A stretch of 64,000 bases of DNA from Priapulus caudatus (GCF_000485595.1 NW_014577088.1:858876-922875); one strand, 5' to 3'; positions 26,446 to 41,178 are shown, counted from the first letter of the stretch. The notes: a model not told the origin generated them from the letters alone. A program made the numbers and translations.

Positions 26446-29400
26446 AGGAGTATGATATTATTTACAACAATTTCTATCTGACATGTCCGTCACGAATGCC
26501 CCTGCCCTATGGGGGCCCAATATCACGTCAGTCAGCGCAGTCTACACTGCTCCACCATCCACACCTTCACTCAGCGAGCCTCGCTACACTGGAGACGCGA
26601 GTGGTATTGTATTGTTAGTCTGTGACAAGGTCGTCGTACACACACACCACATGGTCATGGGTAATACTGTATAAGCTGTATATTTCGCGGTTATTAAATT
26701 TCTCTTCCATTTCGCGTCATTGACGAAGCAGTTCTTCAGTGATTCTCGTGCTTGAACGTGCCTCAAACTCCTCAATGACGTCACAGTGTTGTCATATTCA
26801 AGGCACATCCATAATCCACAAACACAATTGATCCATAATAGCGCGAACGCGTACGATACGCACGTCACGGGCCGAAAGGTCCTTGGATCGAATCCCATCT
26901 GTTTTTAATTATTTTCCTGTTTTCTGTATTTTTCTATCTTTTGGCAATTAACGCAAATATTTACATGATTTATTTACAACAATTTAATAACAACAAATAA
27001 TTTTTACAACAATTAAATTATTATTTTTTAAATATGCGTTAGGGTTAGGGTTATCCAATGGGATTTGGGAGGTATGCAGGCCCTAGCTGCGTGTGTCTAA
27101 CTAAGCCGTATATTTCGCCGTCATTGAATTTCTTTTCCGTTTCGCGTAATTGACGGAGCAGTTCTTCAGTGATTCTCATGCAATTAGACCTGCGCGATGG
27201 CGTGTGCATATGTTTGGTAGTGAATTAGACCCGCTAAAATTCGAGACTGTTCGCTGGCAGCAATTGATCGTGCGCCGGCCTTTGCGATTTGGCGCACAGA
27301 TCAATAGCTGACAGCCCGTGATACTTTCGTAGGACGTTCCACGGTCGCGTGCGCCTTGCCGGAACTGCGCGCAAAATCCGCGCTCAGCGGGCAGGATCAA
27401 CACCTCTCAGGCGACGCTTCTCTGGTATCCGGTCTCTCATCTGGGTCAATTAGGGGCCGAGTTAGAGAGCGGAAGGGAAATATGATCAAGGTCAAGGTAA
27501 AAGTCAAATAAAGGTCGCAGTGACCTGGTTTTGGTACTCTGCACACCTTCTCCCAAGATGTGTAAGTATACCAAGTTTGGTCACGCTAGGTCAATTAGGG
27601 GTCGAGTTATAGAGCGGAAGGGAAATTCTCTGCGGCGGACCGAGCGGCGGCGGCGGCGGCGGCGGCGACGGCTGGGAGACATGAAACCATAGTACTCCGC
27701 GCGACTTCGTCGGGGGGATACAATTAATATATAAGTAAATGTGTATGTGTGCGTGCGCGCGCGTGCGTACGTGCGTGAGTGCATGTGTGTGTGCGCCATG
27801 TGATTGACACGTTACAGTCAACGCACGCACAACACACGCTAGCACGCACATGCACGCACGCACACGCACGCGCGCATCACACGTACGTACGCACGCACGC
27901 ACGCACGAATACTGTCGCATTAATAAAATACACTATAGCGAATGCTACATGCAGCGGTCAGCGTTTTAGTCGGTCGGGAACCATGCAAATATACCCGATT
28001 ATACGCGATGCGCTCGTTTATCTAACGCCCCCAAGAGCGGAGACCACTCTATTTGTGATACACACCACGCTGGTTGTGGATCACAGCGTCACTGTGCACA
28101 CGCGCCCTCGCACTGCGACTGCGCATCACACGCTCTGGTTCTCTCACCGGCGGTGTGTGGCTCTCTCACCATGACTGCGACACAAGTCAGCTATATACAC
28201 GTTAACACCTGCTGCGGTATACGCGCTCGTGTATCCTGTAACTGTCGCATGCGCGCGCGCACACACGCACACACACACACACACGCGCGCGCACGCACGC
28301 TCGCACGCACGCACACACATTGATGTGACATACATAGCCTACATATCAAGAATACATAATAGAGATCTCTATTATGTACTCTTGATACATATATTGCGCC
28401 AAGCCTGCCAGCACTTGACTGTTACACGCGTCCTGACATAATTATATTACCTATAATACGCTCTGTGCAGTCTATAGTGACACATTGAATACCGCATGCG
28501 CGCCCACACAGTGGCACGAGCATATACACTCTCTCAGTGGCTGTCTTACAAATAATTAACAAATATGCCGGGTGGCCTTTCACGTTCACTAGCAAGCACT
28601 AATGCTGATTAACAATGTTCAAAGCAAAAAAAATACGCATGTCACCATAGCAACAGTGAAGATCAGACGTAACAAAAAATCAAATCGGTCGCACCATGTA
28701 GGCCTATATTTGCGAAGAAAGAGAAAAATTAATGAGTAATAGGGGAACGCAGGAAAGCGCGGTAAAGAATAAAGAACGAGATGAACGAGAACTATATATA
28801 TATACATATACACTATAATATATATAAGTGTCCGTGTGCATAGTGCAGCCGCGTGAGCAATGAACGCCGGCAGCGTATGTTGCACATAGAGGATTTGGAC
28901 GGAATTTACAGGAATTAAACTGTCGGCAATAATAGGTGAAAGAGAGTACAGAAACATTAAGAATTTGGTAGTAAATAGATTTCGTATTTATTTAGCATTA
29001 TATTTTATTGAAACGCTTCAAGTGCCTGTGTGCACACTTACACAACAAGAGCCGCAGAACGACTGGGCTCATCTGAGGTTTGTTGCTACGGTTATCAACT
29101 CAAAATTTCAGTTGTACGTAGTGACACCTTTGTTAGATTTACAGATATGCAGATATGCAGATAGGCGCAGATATGCAGATACGCAGTTGCGTACACATAA
29201 TTTCAGCAAACTTTGGCAAAGGCAAGATACGGTAACCGTTGAGTACCTTAATTGTCAGAGTTACAGATCAACGTAATCATATGATATAGATGTAGATAAA
29301 TATTAGATATAAATGTTATATGTAGATATCAACGTTGCTTGCATATGCGCGTAGCCTGAGGGCGTAGCCAGCATGTCGTAAACAAAACGGAGTGACACCT

Positions 29401-30924
29401 GGCGCCAACGAATTCATTTAATTCCGATAGATAGATGGATTATTTCTTACGTAGTATAGATATTTTCTTGTGTATAAACACTGTACTTGCCTGTATAAAC
29501 ATCAATTATCTTTATAAATAAATTTTATTTGAATTTGATTTTGAATGCGTGCGAGTTGCTATCATCCCTGCACATTCTTTTAAGTCTGTTCCGATAGATG
29601 GGGGCCGTTATCAAAAAACATACCGTATCGTGCAATGCAAGACTAGACGGCGTCCTGCCGTCGACTCCACTCACTATGATCGCTCTGCCAGGCCCAGCGA
29701 GCCTAAGCCGAGAGCTGGCGATCGAGTACCAGTCTACATTTTGAGCAGCTATCACAAACCGCACACTCAAGATACCACTGTTCACAATGCTAGCCACTAT
29801 TTTTCAAGTTGGCGGGGCTCCGGGGAAATCCAGCAAATGGCAATCAACGGCCGTGAAGTCGGCCGCCGAACAAACACATTAGAAATTTCTATGATTTGCA
29901 TGTTTGTTGGTGACAAATTTAGATCTTTTAAGCTGAATACGCAAAAATGCATCAAAGACAATGTTCGAGAATTAGGTATATTGGCAAGCATTTCGAAAAA
30001 TTCATGATAAATATTAAATAAACACGTGAACTTAGTTTAGTAAAACAGCGTAATGCTATTGAACAGTAGTAAATGTGCGCACGTATTTCGTATCACTATT
30101 TTATCAAATTTCTCATAAAATAATGGTCGGATTTTTAATATCTTTGCAACTTTTATTAGTCAAATATTATTACATAGGACACGAGTAAGCGTGCCTGCTG
30201 TAAAACCTGTTAGTAAAAAAGCGTTACAAATTGTAACCGAAATCTGTTTGTGGCAGTGGTATATTGAGCCCATGAGCGAGAGCGCCATCTGTCGTGAAGT
30301 TTGCAGCTATCAGCCACCACAAAAAGCCAGTCAGTGCGAGCGGTGGCGAGTGTATTCGTAATGTACACTAAAGAATCTCATATATAATTATTGTTTAAGT
30401 AAGTCAACGTTGTTCAAGTAAGAGTTATGTGTGGAATTTCACTGTAAAATGTGAGCCTTGCACAACCACAGGTACTGGCAAAAGCAGCAGCGTACGCAGT
30501 AAACAAATCCTTCAAGGTTAAATGCTTTAATTAATTATATATACTATAGACCTACCGTGAGCTCCTCTGTTGCAAAAATTCACTAGAACTCATTTGTATT
30601 GCTACTTTCATAACATTTCTTCTCAAAATCTAAACGAAGATACAGCTGTGTAACTTTAATGAATTCACTATATTAACATGTCATCATGGAAATGCATCGA
30701 GCGCGAGCGTAGTGGTAGTGGTGCATGGGGGCGGGGGTAAGGGCGGGTGGAGATGGCTCTACTAGCAAAAGCAGTTCAGTCCTTTGTTGACAGTCAACAA
30801 ATCCATGTTTAACCGCTCCGTTGAGTGTCAAAAGCGTTATCAGACACTTACTCTTCCCGTCAGTGGAAGTACATTCATTGTCTTTCAATAAAGTGATAAA
30901 AAATGGTAGGTCAGCACTGAAACA

Positions 30925-31419
30925 AACAAGTTTTTCACTGGGTCCGTTAAACCATGTCCTCAGAAAATGTCTGATATCTTACATTTCCCCTGCCCTTTAA
31001 CCTGTGACCTCCAATTTCGCTCTGGTGATGGGTTTCCTGCCCATCACACTATACACCGAATATTAATAGATAGGTCAAGCCGTTCAGATTTGTGGGCCGC
31101 AATTCGCTATTTCATCCTATACCCTTAAGTTTAAGGGGCAAATTTTACCCTCGTTCGACAGCATCTTGACCTTTGACCCCTTGCCTTCCCAAATCGGTCA
31201 TCCCGAGTTTCTTTTCAACGATCCCCCCCCCCCCCGACGTCCCGAATATCGTGACCGTGACGTTGCGAGCGGTTTAAGATTTGTGGGCCCAACTGTTGAC
31301 CGGAGGACGCACGAGACACACAGGGACACACGGAACACGACCTGCACGGAACGGAAGGACGCTAATTGCGACTTCTAGCAAGCTGCATCTGACTTCGTTC
31401 AATAGATGGAGCTAAAAAT
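30925..31419. mobile_element. HINE/Helentron-like non-autonomous element
   Basis: AACAAG start, TGACCTTTGACC core, GGAC/GACAC repeats and a terminal stem-loop AGCTGCATCT...AGATGGAGCT followed by AAAAA. A similar end occurs at about 63835-63924. Confidence 0.45.
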
Positions 31420-31884
31420 GGTAGTAAAAATAGAAATAAATAAACTAACGTCTATATTGATGTGTAAGTTGTGCAGCGATAGTGCGTGCGGTTTGTGCTT
31501 GTGTTTGCTGTGGTTGGGGCATTTGACGTGGCTCAGACTTTGTAGTAATAGCACTTCGTATTTATTTAGCATTATATTTTATTTGGAATTACGCTCCACA
31601 GTGCCTGTGTGACATACTGCGAGCAAATCGGCAAAATACATAAAATGTAAATGGAGGCGTTGCAGAAAATGGAACATGAAAACAAGAACAAAAAGTACAG
31701 AAAATACCCATATAGCTACCATGATTTTTGGAGCAGATATGGGTCTGGTATAAGTTAATAAAAACTTTAAGGGCGCGAGAGTCTTGAGCGCACGGGCATA
31801 TGGAAGCGTATTTCATATAATATAAATGATATGATTTGTACGTATGAATGGTATATGTCACGAAAAGTATTTAACTACTACAAA

Positions 31885-32108
31885 AGTCTTAAGCTTTCAT
31901 GCTTACTCTCTTTTCGCTTATTTATTATTAAATAACTTTCTGTAAATGCTGTTTCAAATGCTCTCTCTCTATTTTTGGTTGTTTGGTCGAACAGTGCGGC
32001 GTGCATTTGCGGCCGTGCATGTGTGTAAGAACGGAAGCATTTGACCAGGCATTTACAGAAAGCTATACTAATGATTAGGCGAAAGAGAGTAGGGAGAACA
32101 TTAAGACT
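31885..32108. mobile_element. Short degenerate inverted-repeat element
   Basis: AGTCTTAA..TACTCTCTTTTCGC..CTTTCTGTAAATGC is mirrored by GCATTTACAGAAAG..GCGAAAGAGAGTA..TTAAGACT. Confidence 0.55.
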
Positions 32109-32626
32109 GGTATGTAAATGTGCAGCGATTTGCGATGTTTATTTGATCATCATGTACCTCGGACGCAACGGAGTTGGCAGGAGCAGTATTGTGATGCTGG
32201 CGGTGTGATGTGTTCGTGTATGTGTTCGAGAGCAGATGACGGCAGTCAGTGTGTTTTCGTGTGTGTGCCGTAGCAGCAGTGTCAGCCAGCCAGACGAATC
32301 GATTCAACAGCCCGCGTCGCCTTAAGGGCGTCGAGTCGCAGCAGCAGCTCGCTCGCTTGCACGCGATCAATCAATATTTTCACGATTCTACTACTATTTT
32401 TTACTAGAACTACTAGAAAATTGCAGCTAAAACTGAATAACTACGAAGTCAGCGAGCGGCGCGCAGGCGCAATCGACTGTACGCGCGTCGGCGAGTACAG
32501 CGTAGTGGGAGTCAGCAGCAGCCCCCAGTGAGGCGGCGAGCAGCAGCAGGCGAGTGCCAGTCAGTCAGCCGCCACCAGCGAGCTAGCATACATGCTACGC
32601 ATGCTCGCCGAGGTATGCCTCTCCGN

Positions 32627-35540
32627 ACATCACCGCTACGAATGCGGTACGCGGCGCACGTACGGCACACATCACCGCTACGAATGCGGTACGCGGCGCA
32701 CGTACGGCACACATCACCGCTACGAATGCACGCGGCGCACGTACGGCACACATTACCGCTACGAATGCACGCGACGCACGTACGGCACACATTACCGCTA
32801 CGAATGCACGCGGCGCACGTACGGCACACATCACGCTACGAATGCGGTACACGGCGCACGTACGGCACACATTTGCCGTACGTGCGCCGCGTGCATTCGT
32901 AGCGGTAATGTACGCCGTGCGTGCGTCGCGTGCATTCGTAGCGGTGATGTGTGCCGTACGTGCGTCGCGTGCATTCGTAGCGGTAATGTACGCCGTGCGT
33001 GCGTCGCGTGCATTCGTAGCGGTGATGTGTGCCGTACGTGCGCCGCACATCACCGCTACGAATGCACGCGACGCACGCACGGCGTACATTACCGCTACGA
33101 ATGCACGCGACGCACGTACGGCACACATCACCGCTACGAATGCACGCGACGCACGCACGGCGTACATTACCGCTACGAATGCNCTACGCGTTATGCAGAC
33201 AGCAAGCCGATAACAAACTGGCAGAACTACATACCCTCCTTACGCAGTACCGTCTCGTGTCTCGTTTCCGGTTGGGTCCTATGTTTTTTCCGACAGTACG
33301 CTCTTTTATAAACATGTACCGTGCACAATGTTCACTTACATACTATCAGAAGTAGATAATAGTGAAATCGTTTCCTCGTATACACCCGCAATCCGGATAT
33401 ACAGACTAAAAACGTACGATTACGATTGTCCATTAGTCTGCCAGCAAACTGAATGCTATTAACCGCCTAAATTGAAACAACAGGTAGCTACCTAACGAGC
33501 CACACCGCTCGCGGAACGAGCAAGTGCGCCAAGAAGCTGCCTTGTTTCAATTTAAGGCGTGGTTTATAATTTCATTTTGCTGCGGCCGACATAATGGGAA
33601 AATCGTTGTTGTACGGTTTTAGTCTGTATCTCGGATTGCCGGGTGTTATACGAGTGAAAACGATTTCGCACGAGCTAGCGAATGTACTGTGTACGATTTT
33701 GAGCTCAAGTTAGCTTGAGTTACCGGTACGGGGGCAATTGCGGTACATTGACGCACGCACGGCCGTACATTCCTCCCTTACGAATGCACGGCAACGCACG
33801 TCGGCAACACATCACGCTATACGAATGCCACGCGGTGCACGTACGGCACACATTTAACCGCTACGAATGGGTACACGGCGCACGGCACGGACATGACATC
33901 ACGTCTACGAAATGCGGTACACGGCGCACACGTACGGCATACATTACGCCTCTACGAATGCCACGACGGCGCACGCACGGCAACACATCACGCTACGAAT
34001 CCACGCGCGTCGCACGTACGGCACGCACATTACCGCTGACGAACTGCGTAACACGGACGCCACGTACGGCATACATCACGCTACGAATGCACGCGGGCCG
34101 CACGCACGGGCACACCATCGACCTACGAATGCACGCGGGCGCACGCACGGCACACATTACGCTACGAATGCACGCGGCGCACGCACGGCACACATCACGC
34201 CTACAATGCACGCGTGCACGTACGGCACACATACCGCTACGAATGCGGTACGCGGCGCACGCAACGGCTAGCATCACGCTACGGAAGCGTAACGCCGACG
34301 TACGACTGTACAAGCACGCGGCGCACTGCACGCTAGCCATACACGCTACGAATGCACGCGGCGCACGCACGGCACACATCACCGCTACGAATGCACGCGG
34401 CGCACCGCACCGAGCACACATTCACCGCTACGAATGGCCACGCGGCGCACCGCACGGCACAAACATTACCGCCTACAATGCACGCGCGCACGCACGGCAA
34501 CAATTCACCGCTTACGAATGCACGCGGCGCACGCACGGCCACACATCACCGCCTACGAATGCACGCGGCGCACGCACGGCGCACATCTAACGCCTACGAA
34601 TGCACGCGGCGCACGACGGCACCATTACCGCCTACGAATGCACGCGGCGCACGCACGGCCACTAGCTACGAATCACCGGCGCACGTGCACGGAACATCCG
34701 CCTTCAATGCGTAGCACGCGCACGTACGCAACACATTTACCGCTACGAATGCTGGCTTACACGGCGGCACGGTACGGCACACATCTACCGCCCATACGAA
34801 TGCGGTACACGGCCGCACGATACGGCACAACACACCGCCTACAATGCGGTACACGCGCAACGTACGGCACACATTCACGACCGTACGAATGCGGTACACG
34901 GCGCACGTACGGCACACATTACCGCTACGAATGCAGCCGCGACGCCACGTACGACACAACATTACCGATACGAATGCACGCGATGCACGTACGGGACACA
35001 CATCACCGCTACGAATGCACGCGACGCAGCGTACGGCACACACTTACCGATACGAATGCACGACGGGCGCACGTACGGCACACATCACCGCTCACGAATG
35101 CACGCGGCGCACGTACGGCACACATCACGCGCTACGAATGCACGCCGGCGCACGTACTCGGCACACATTACCGCTACGAATGCACGCGACGCACGCTACG
35201 GCACACAAAAACATTACCGCTACGAAGCACGCGGCGCACGCACGGCACACATTACCGATACGAATGCACGCGCATGCACGTACGGCACACATCACCGCCT
35301 ACGTAATGCACGCGACGCACGTACGGCACACATTACCGTCTACGAATGCAGCGCGACGCACGCACGGCACACATTACCGCCTACGAATGCACGCGGCGCA
35401 CGCACGGCACACATCACCGCCCCTCTACAAATGCTCGCCGCGCCACGTACGGCCACACATTACGCCCTACGAATGCGGGACAACGCGGCGCACGTACGGC
35501 ACACATCACCGCTACGAATGCGGTACACGGCGCACGCCGT
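32627..35540. repeat. 39/42-bp CpG-rich minisatellite in two arrays (32627-33183 and about 33740-35540)
   Basis: Unit ACATCACCGCTACGAATGC(GGT)ACGCGGCGCACGTACGGCAC. The first array is clean and has an inverted block; the second is indel-rich. Confidence 0.93.
33364..33725. mobile_element. Second copy of the 1-468 foldback element
   Basis: Shares GAAATCGTTTCCTCGTATACACCCGCAATCC and its inverted counterpart. Carries many small indels. Confidence 0.8.
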
Positions 35541-36022
35541 CTGTACCGCCGCATCTCTGCATGCGTCGTGATTACACGGTGCTGCTGCTGCTAGGCGACG
35601 CGACAATGGCAGTAACTAACCAGAAGATACGAGGCGCCGCGCCCGCGTCTCCGGCATCCGAGCGTAAACTACGCGTTCGTTAATGCGGCGCTTCATCAGC
35701 GCCGAGACGACGTGCCTCCCCCTCCGCGTGACAGTTTTTACACGTGTACGCAGAATGCACGTCCGTCATTATGAGGGCGAGCCTTACTATCACACGCACA
35801 TCCGACTCGTTGCGGTCCTACGCTATAGTGCTATTATATCCCTATATCACTACAATGCTATAGTGCTATAGTGTTATATATATATATATATACCGCTACG
35901 AATTATAATATATAATATTCGGTGCTTTAGTGTTATCAGGGGTTAATAATGACAAATTGTCATTATTAATCACTTGTCATTATTAACCCCTGGTGTTATA
36001 ATATATATATATATATATATAA

Positions 36023-36365
36023 CAGGGGTAGAAATGAACTTTTGAACAAGAGAGTTCAACGGACTCTCTACCCTCAAAAAGAGGGAGTCCGCAGTCTGAG
36101 GTTCAAAATTAAAGATATTAACAATAACGCATGTGCTAATTTCTAAGATTCATGCAGTTGCACGTCTGCCAAATTTTCTTTGGACATTAGCAGAAAAAAT
36201 ACAGTACTTAATTCAGCGAGGCCGTGCTTCGGAACAAACTATAGTTAGTATGGCAGAATTTTCAGGGAGTCACAGTGACACGGACTCCTGCATATGTCAA
36301 ATCAGGGAGCCCGACAGTAAATCAGGGAGTATTTGACTCCAGACTCCCGTTAATTTCGCACCCTG
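36023..36365. mobile_element. hAT-like MITE inserted in (TA)n
   Basis: TIRs CAGGGGTAGAAAT / ATTTCGCACCCCTG. Confidence 0.7.
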
Positions 36366-37074
36366 TATATATATATCAGGAGTAGATAATAGAAGACTTC
36401 TTCTATTATCTACTCCTGATATATGTATACATATAGTATTATATTGCTGCGCTATAGTGACGTCAACATCAAACTACACGGCACTACGTGGCATCCACAT
36501 CTACGTTTGACACCGTTAGTATTTTTTTTTTGCGAAAACGGATTCCGCGATGTGCACGTTCGTATGTCAGCACCTACTCGTGGCATCTATCATTTGATTA
36601 AAGTAGGACTCAATACAGCCGGGCACAGCAGTCATCATGATAGACTAGTCGTTATGAACACATACATGCGTCAGTGTGTTCTGCACACCCGTCGGATATG
36701 CCCTCAATTCATCGTAAAACCCAATGCTATTGGGCACAGTGTATAGGTGAAAGATTGTAATATAGACGGTTTCACGGCTGAAACATCCACTAACCATCAT
36801 TATTAGTTTTATCCCCCCACCCACCACACCCCTCATAACTTTTAGACATGTAACCTAAAAATGCCAATCGGTGGAAGTGGTTTCAGATGGCGTTCAAACA
36901 GCGTAACCTTCTACCACCACAACTCTACGATAACAATTATGTTTAAGAATTAATGCCATAGTAGGCGATTGTGAAATATTAATTTCATTCAATTTAATTT
37001 AAATGTTAATGCTCCTAGTATTGAGCCTTTGATTTCATACTATATGGCCAAATACCCTTGGTAGGGCTGACGTT

Positions 37075-37335
37075 ATAGAGAGGGAGAAACAGAGAGATAG
37101 AGGCGAATGGTAAGTAGAGCGAGGGAGCGGGAGCGGGAGAGAGAGAGAGAGAGAGAGAGATGAGGAGTAGAGCTGAGAGATGAGCCAGTGAATGAGAGAG
37201 AGGGAGGGAGGGAGGGAGAGAGAGAGATAGAGAGAGAGGGAGGGGAGCGCGAGAGAGAGAGAGAAAGAGAAGGGGGAGGGGATGATGGTGAGGAGGAGGA
37301 GGAGGAGGAGGAGGAGGAGGAGGAGGAGGAAGAGG
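37075..37335. repeat. (GA)n/(GGA)n purine tract
   Basis: Direct reading. Confidence 0.9.
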
Positions 37336-38739
37336 ATTGCAGCAGATGTCACTAGTATCGCCTCTACAAAATACGCCTATTTAGATGTGATAACAGGCTG
37401 AAAAGGCTAGAATCAATACCGTGTTTGAATACAAGTTACAGCAATACCACAGTAAATAGCTACAAACTGATTTCGATAAGAAAGGTAGGGAAATAGCTCA
37501 AGAATATGTACAGTACATATTTGTTTTTTACGTCATATTTGAAGTGGGAAATCGGTGAAAAACGAGGTAAAAACACGAAAGCATATACAAGATGAGAACG
37601 CAGTGGCTATATGTAATGTATAGGTGGCGCTACATGCCGGGTGCAAATTGCAATAAATCACATCGCACCGCCTCTTCGTCCAGGGAAAAAAGATGGAGGG
37701 CCTCAGGGAGATGCACGTCTTTACAGCTATACATCTCTGTTTTAGTCACACTCAATTTACACCCGGTTTGGATGGCTGTAAAACACGTTGCCGATAATGG
37801 AAATTCAACCCCCGGAGAACCCCTCGCGTGTCGCTAGCTTCTAGATGATGAAATAACTGAATAATTGAAGCTAACACGTGTACACCATCAACCAGATCAA
37901 CACTCATCCACTTACAAAGGACAAAGGTTGCCTGCAGCTCCGACGCATAAACTCAAAATAAAATGGATTGCAGTTCAAAAACCGCCACAACGACGCGTGC
38001 GTTTACAGCGTATTTCCACTAATCGGAATTTCGCGGGCGTTAATTCGAGGCGTTTCGCAGCTCGCCTCATGATTACCAACTCGGCCAAATTGGATCATGC
38101 AATTTCCAAATGAAATAAACGACAGAACTCTCTCATTCTAATGGGAAATAGTTAGTGCTGAGTGGACTGCCTATTCTGGGACGTAAAGGGGAATCGTTCT
38201 GCTCAATTTTGGTGCGCTTGGTACAACAGGAAGACACTAGCGTTCCATAGCAGCTAATATCGCCTATCAACGTAGGTTATTCCATGTCGATGAGCTATCC
38301 GATCTGTGTGCAATCAATGCACTCATGCAGACGTCGCTGAACCAATCTAGTAACAAACAACGGTTAAGAAGTAGACGCTGTTGTTTCTGTGTTAATGAGA
38401 TATAAATAGCAAAATCATTAAAGAGCCGGGCCAGAGAGACCTGTACCCATACCGACCCCGGGCCTGAAGGCCTGAGAGGCATCCTTGAGCATTATCTTTG
38501 TGTGAGGGACCTCTGTCCTCAAGTTAGCAGTTGTCTGGTAAAACGCCACGCCTCGTAGACTGACTCTGCAAGTCGTTGAAATACGGAGGAATTTTTTTTC
38601 GGGTGGATGATCGAGCCAGGTTAGCTCGCCGCGATCGGACAGCCAATACTGTAGTACGTACCGGACACGAAAATGTTAGCGTATAGAAGTCTGCTGCGGT
38701 TGAAGAGTCAACTAATGCCAGTATTTTAAAGTTAAATCC

Positions 38740-39034
38740 TTCCCGAGCCTTCATACGCATAGCGCATAGCTACATGACGCATAAGGCGGTGCCTATCTCC
38801 GTTTCAGTAACCCTGAGGCCCCGCAGCTGCTTTCACAGTAAATGCTACAGTAGGGGGTCAGTCCACTGGTAGCACTGCGAGTTAACTTGCCACACGCTAT
38901 CTCTATTTGCTGAATGCTAAGCAGAGAAGCCGTGTGTACCATTTTTCAAGTCTTTGGTATGACCCGGACGGGAGTTGAACCCCCGACCTTCCACATACGA
39001 GGCGAGCACTCAACCATTGAGCTACCGCAGTGGT
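38740..39034 (-). mobile_element. tRNA-derived SINE with a Meta-SINE-like central domain
   Basis: On the minus strand: A box TAGCTCAATGG, B box GGTTCAACTCC, then CCGGGTCATACCAAAGACTTGAAAAATGGTAC..CTTCTCTGCTTAGCATTCAGCA, which resembles the conserved Meta domain as I recall it. The 3' end is approximate. Confidence 0.75.
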
Positions 39035-41112
39035 GATGTTTAGTTTGGCGCAAGTTTTAAAGTCTGCCAGAAATCAGCGGCTAAAATAGTAAATGAAACG
39101 AGTTCACTTTATGGAGGAAAGTTGGGCAAATTTGTCAGTTACGTGCATCTTTCAATCAAGTAATGTTAGTCTTTGAGGATCGGTCACACACAATTTGTAT
39201 GCGAATACACAATATTGTTCATGTGAAGGTTAGGTTAGTTCAGAGTAGTCAGTGGCTTTGTAGGTTAATGCAGCGAGGTCATTCTAGGAGGGTTAACCCA
39301 TTGGGGTCAGTCAGACAGGGTCAGGTAACACTCGTCAAACAGCGCGCCATTACTCACAGTAAACCATCGAAGTAATCGCTTGTGTCAGCATTTATCATTC
39401 AATCAGGTGGACGTTAGATGCCGCATGGCTTCGCGCTGTCAGCTCTGACCGACTGCATCCATAATTGAACTGAGAAGCCGCCTCGGCTGTTTGCGGTCGA
39501 TGTCGCTCGCCGCAATGTACACACCCATGCACGTACACACACGCGCATGCACGCGCGCACGCACGCACAAAAACGCACGCGCATATATATCACGAGTATA
39601 TATACCGCATGATTTACTGTGTTTTTACTGTTTTCCTCATTAAATTCTGGCGTATCTCGTCCTGGCTTATTCTATGCATTTGTAATCTGCCTTGTTTATA
39701 CTGTCATGTATAGGTTTGTATTACTCGATATTTGCACATAATATGAATTTAGAGATATTTGCCGAGGGGTGATATTGCGCCCCATTCCTCATATACAAAG
39801 GAAAATCGTGCGAGACAAGGCAAGTGAAGGTCATCCAGTAGCAGAAACGGGCAGTGACTCAGTAGTTGTCTTAAAATTAATACTTATTAATTTATATCGA
39901 AATGTAATGAAAGATCGATAAAAACGTGCTAGACATGCGTGGGTTCCTGCGCGCGTCCGAGGAGTGTGCGTGCGTTCGTGCGTGTGTACGTGCGTTCGTG
40001 CGTGTGTGCATGTGTATTCTCATCAAAGGTGAAACTTAAAGTTAAACTCAGAGAAAAACTATCGCGAACGAATTATCGGTATACATGTATCTACAAAATG
40101 CGTAGGCTATTTGATGTTGTAATGATCCTACAAGGCCACTCACGCATTGATTCTTGGAATGCACTGTTGCATTGTGCATTTCATACACATTATACATTAG
40201 TAATTAAGAATCTACATGCATGTCACATATCATGGAAGCACTATGAGTGTGCAGGAAATTAAATATTTGTTATCGACACTATTAGCCCACGCGCGGGATT
40301 GGTGATACCAAACAACAACAACAACTGAAGATTCTAGAACATTAGAACTAGACGAGTCTATTACCAAATATCTACATCCGCACCGTATTATTCAGCATCT
40401 GTGCTGCTGGCACTTATACTCCCATTGCCTTCATCCATCCAGTACCTAATTGAGTTATCAGGAGCGCATGATGATAGCTGGCTAGCACTCACATGCATGC
40501 ACACACTTCTAATCGCACGGTGAATGACGTGATCGGTGGTGACACGTCTGTCACGCGCCGCTCAGATACGCGGATATGCTTGCAGCTTGCCCATCCCATA
40601 ATACCTCCCCCGAATGAATGATTTCCGCACGGGTAGAAATGCGTTTATTGTAGTAAAACTGTAAAACGAAATCGGCGGTCGGCGGTCGGCGCGTGTACAC
40701 ACAGCATTAAATATTTTACCGAGATTAAACCGAAGAATGTTTTCAGGAAGTGTAATGAAAGGTGAAATGATAGTTTAACTATACACGTATATTTAGCGCG
40801 GCTGTTGATTATATAAAATATAGCTTAATTTAACAGCAGGAAGAAGTCGACGCCATTATGTCGAATACTTGGGTCAGCAGACGCATTTAGCTGTGCAGAG
40901 GGCAAATGATTTATATAAAGCGACAACGAATGTTTAATTTTACTGCAGTAATAAGTTTTATTTGCAGAGGTATAAGCGAATGAATCTAACAGACTACGGC
41001 TGGTCGGGTTCTAGCTCTAATGCAGTGAAAACCTTTTAGTGGATATAAAGAAGGTTTTGGCTTCACAGGCTACCACACGCGCGGCACCTACAGCATACAA
41101 CGCACGCACGAA

Positions 41113-41156
<44 letters not shown>

Positions 41157-41178
41157 CGNNNNNNNNNNCATACACGCA

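Larger units (their letters stand above)
21936..27721. mobile_element. Helentron/HINE (DINE-1-like) non-autonomous element interrupted by nested insertions
   Basis: Starts AA|CTAGAAAGGGCAGTTG..TGTATCCCCCG and ends with a stem-loop plus CGGGGGGATAC|AA (subterminal inverted repeat). Internal ~145-150-bp tandem units rich in AAGGTCAAGG lie at 21985-22642 and resume at 27445-27625. Confidence 0.6.

Noticed and set aside
29549..30007. 152-aa ORF
   Set aside because: Non-ATG start, no homology recognised, and it lies next to a dispersed repeat.
32512..35683. Repetitive His/Cys/Arg/Thr-rich ORFs (HHRYECTRRTYGT...)
   Set aside because: The satellite unit is 39 or 42 bp (a multiple of 3) and stop-poor, so ORFs appear in all frames on both strands. 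No splice or start context.
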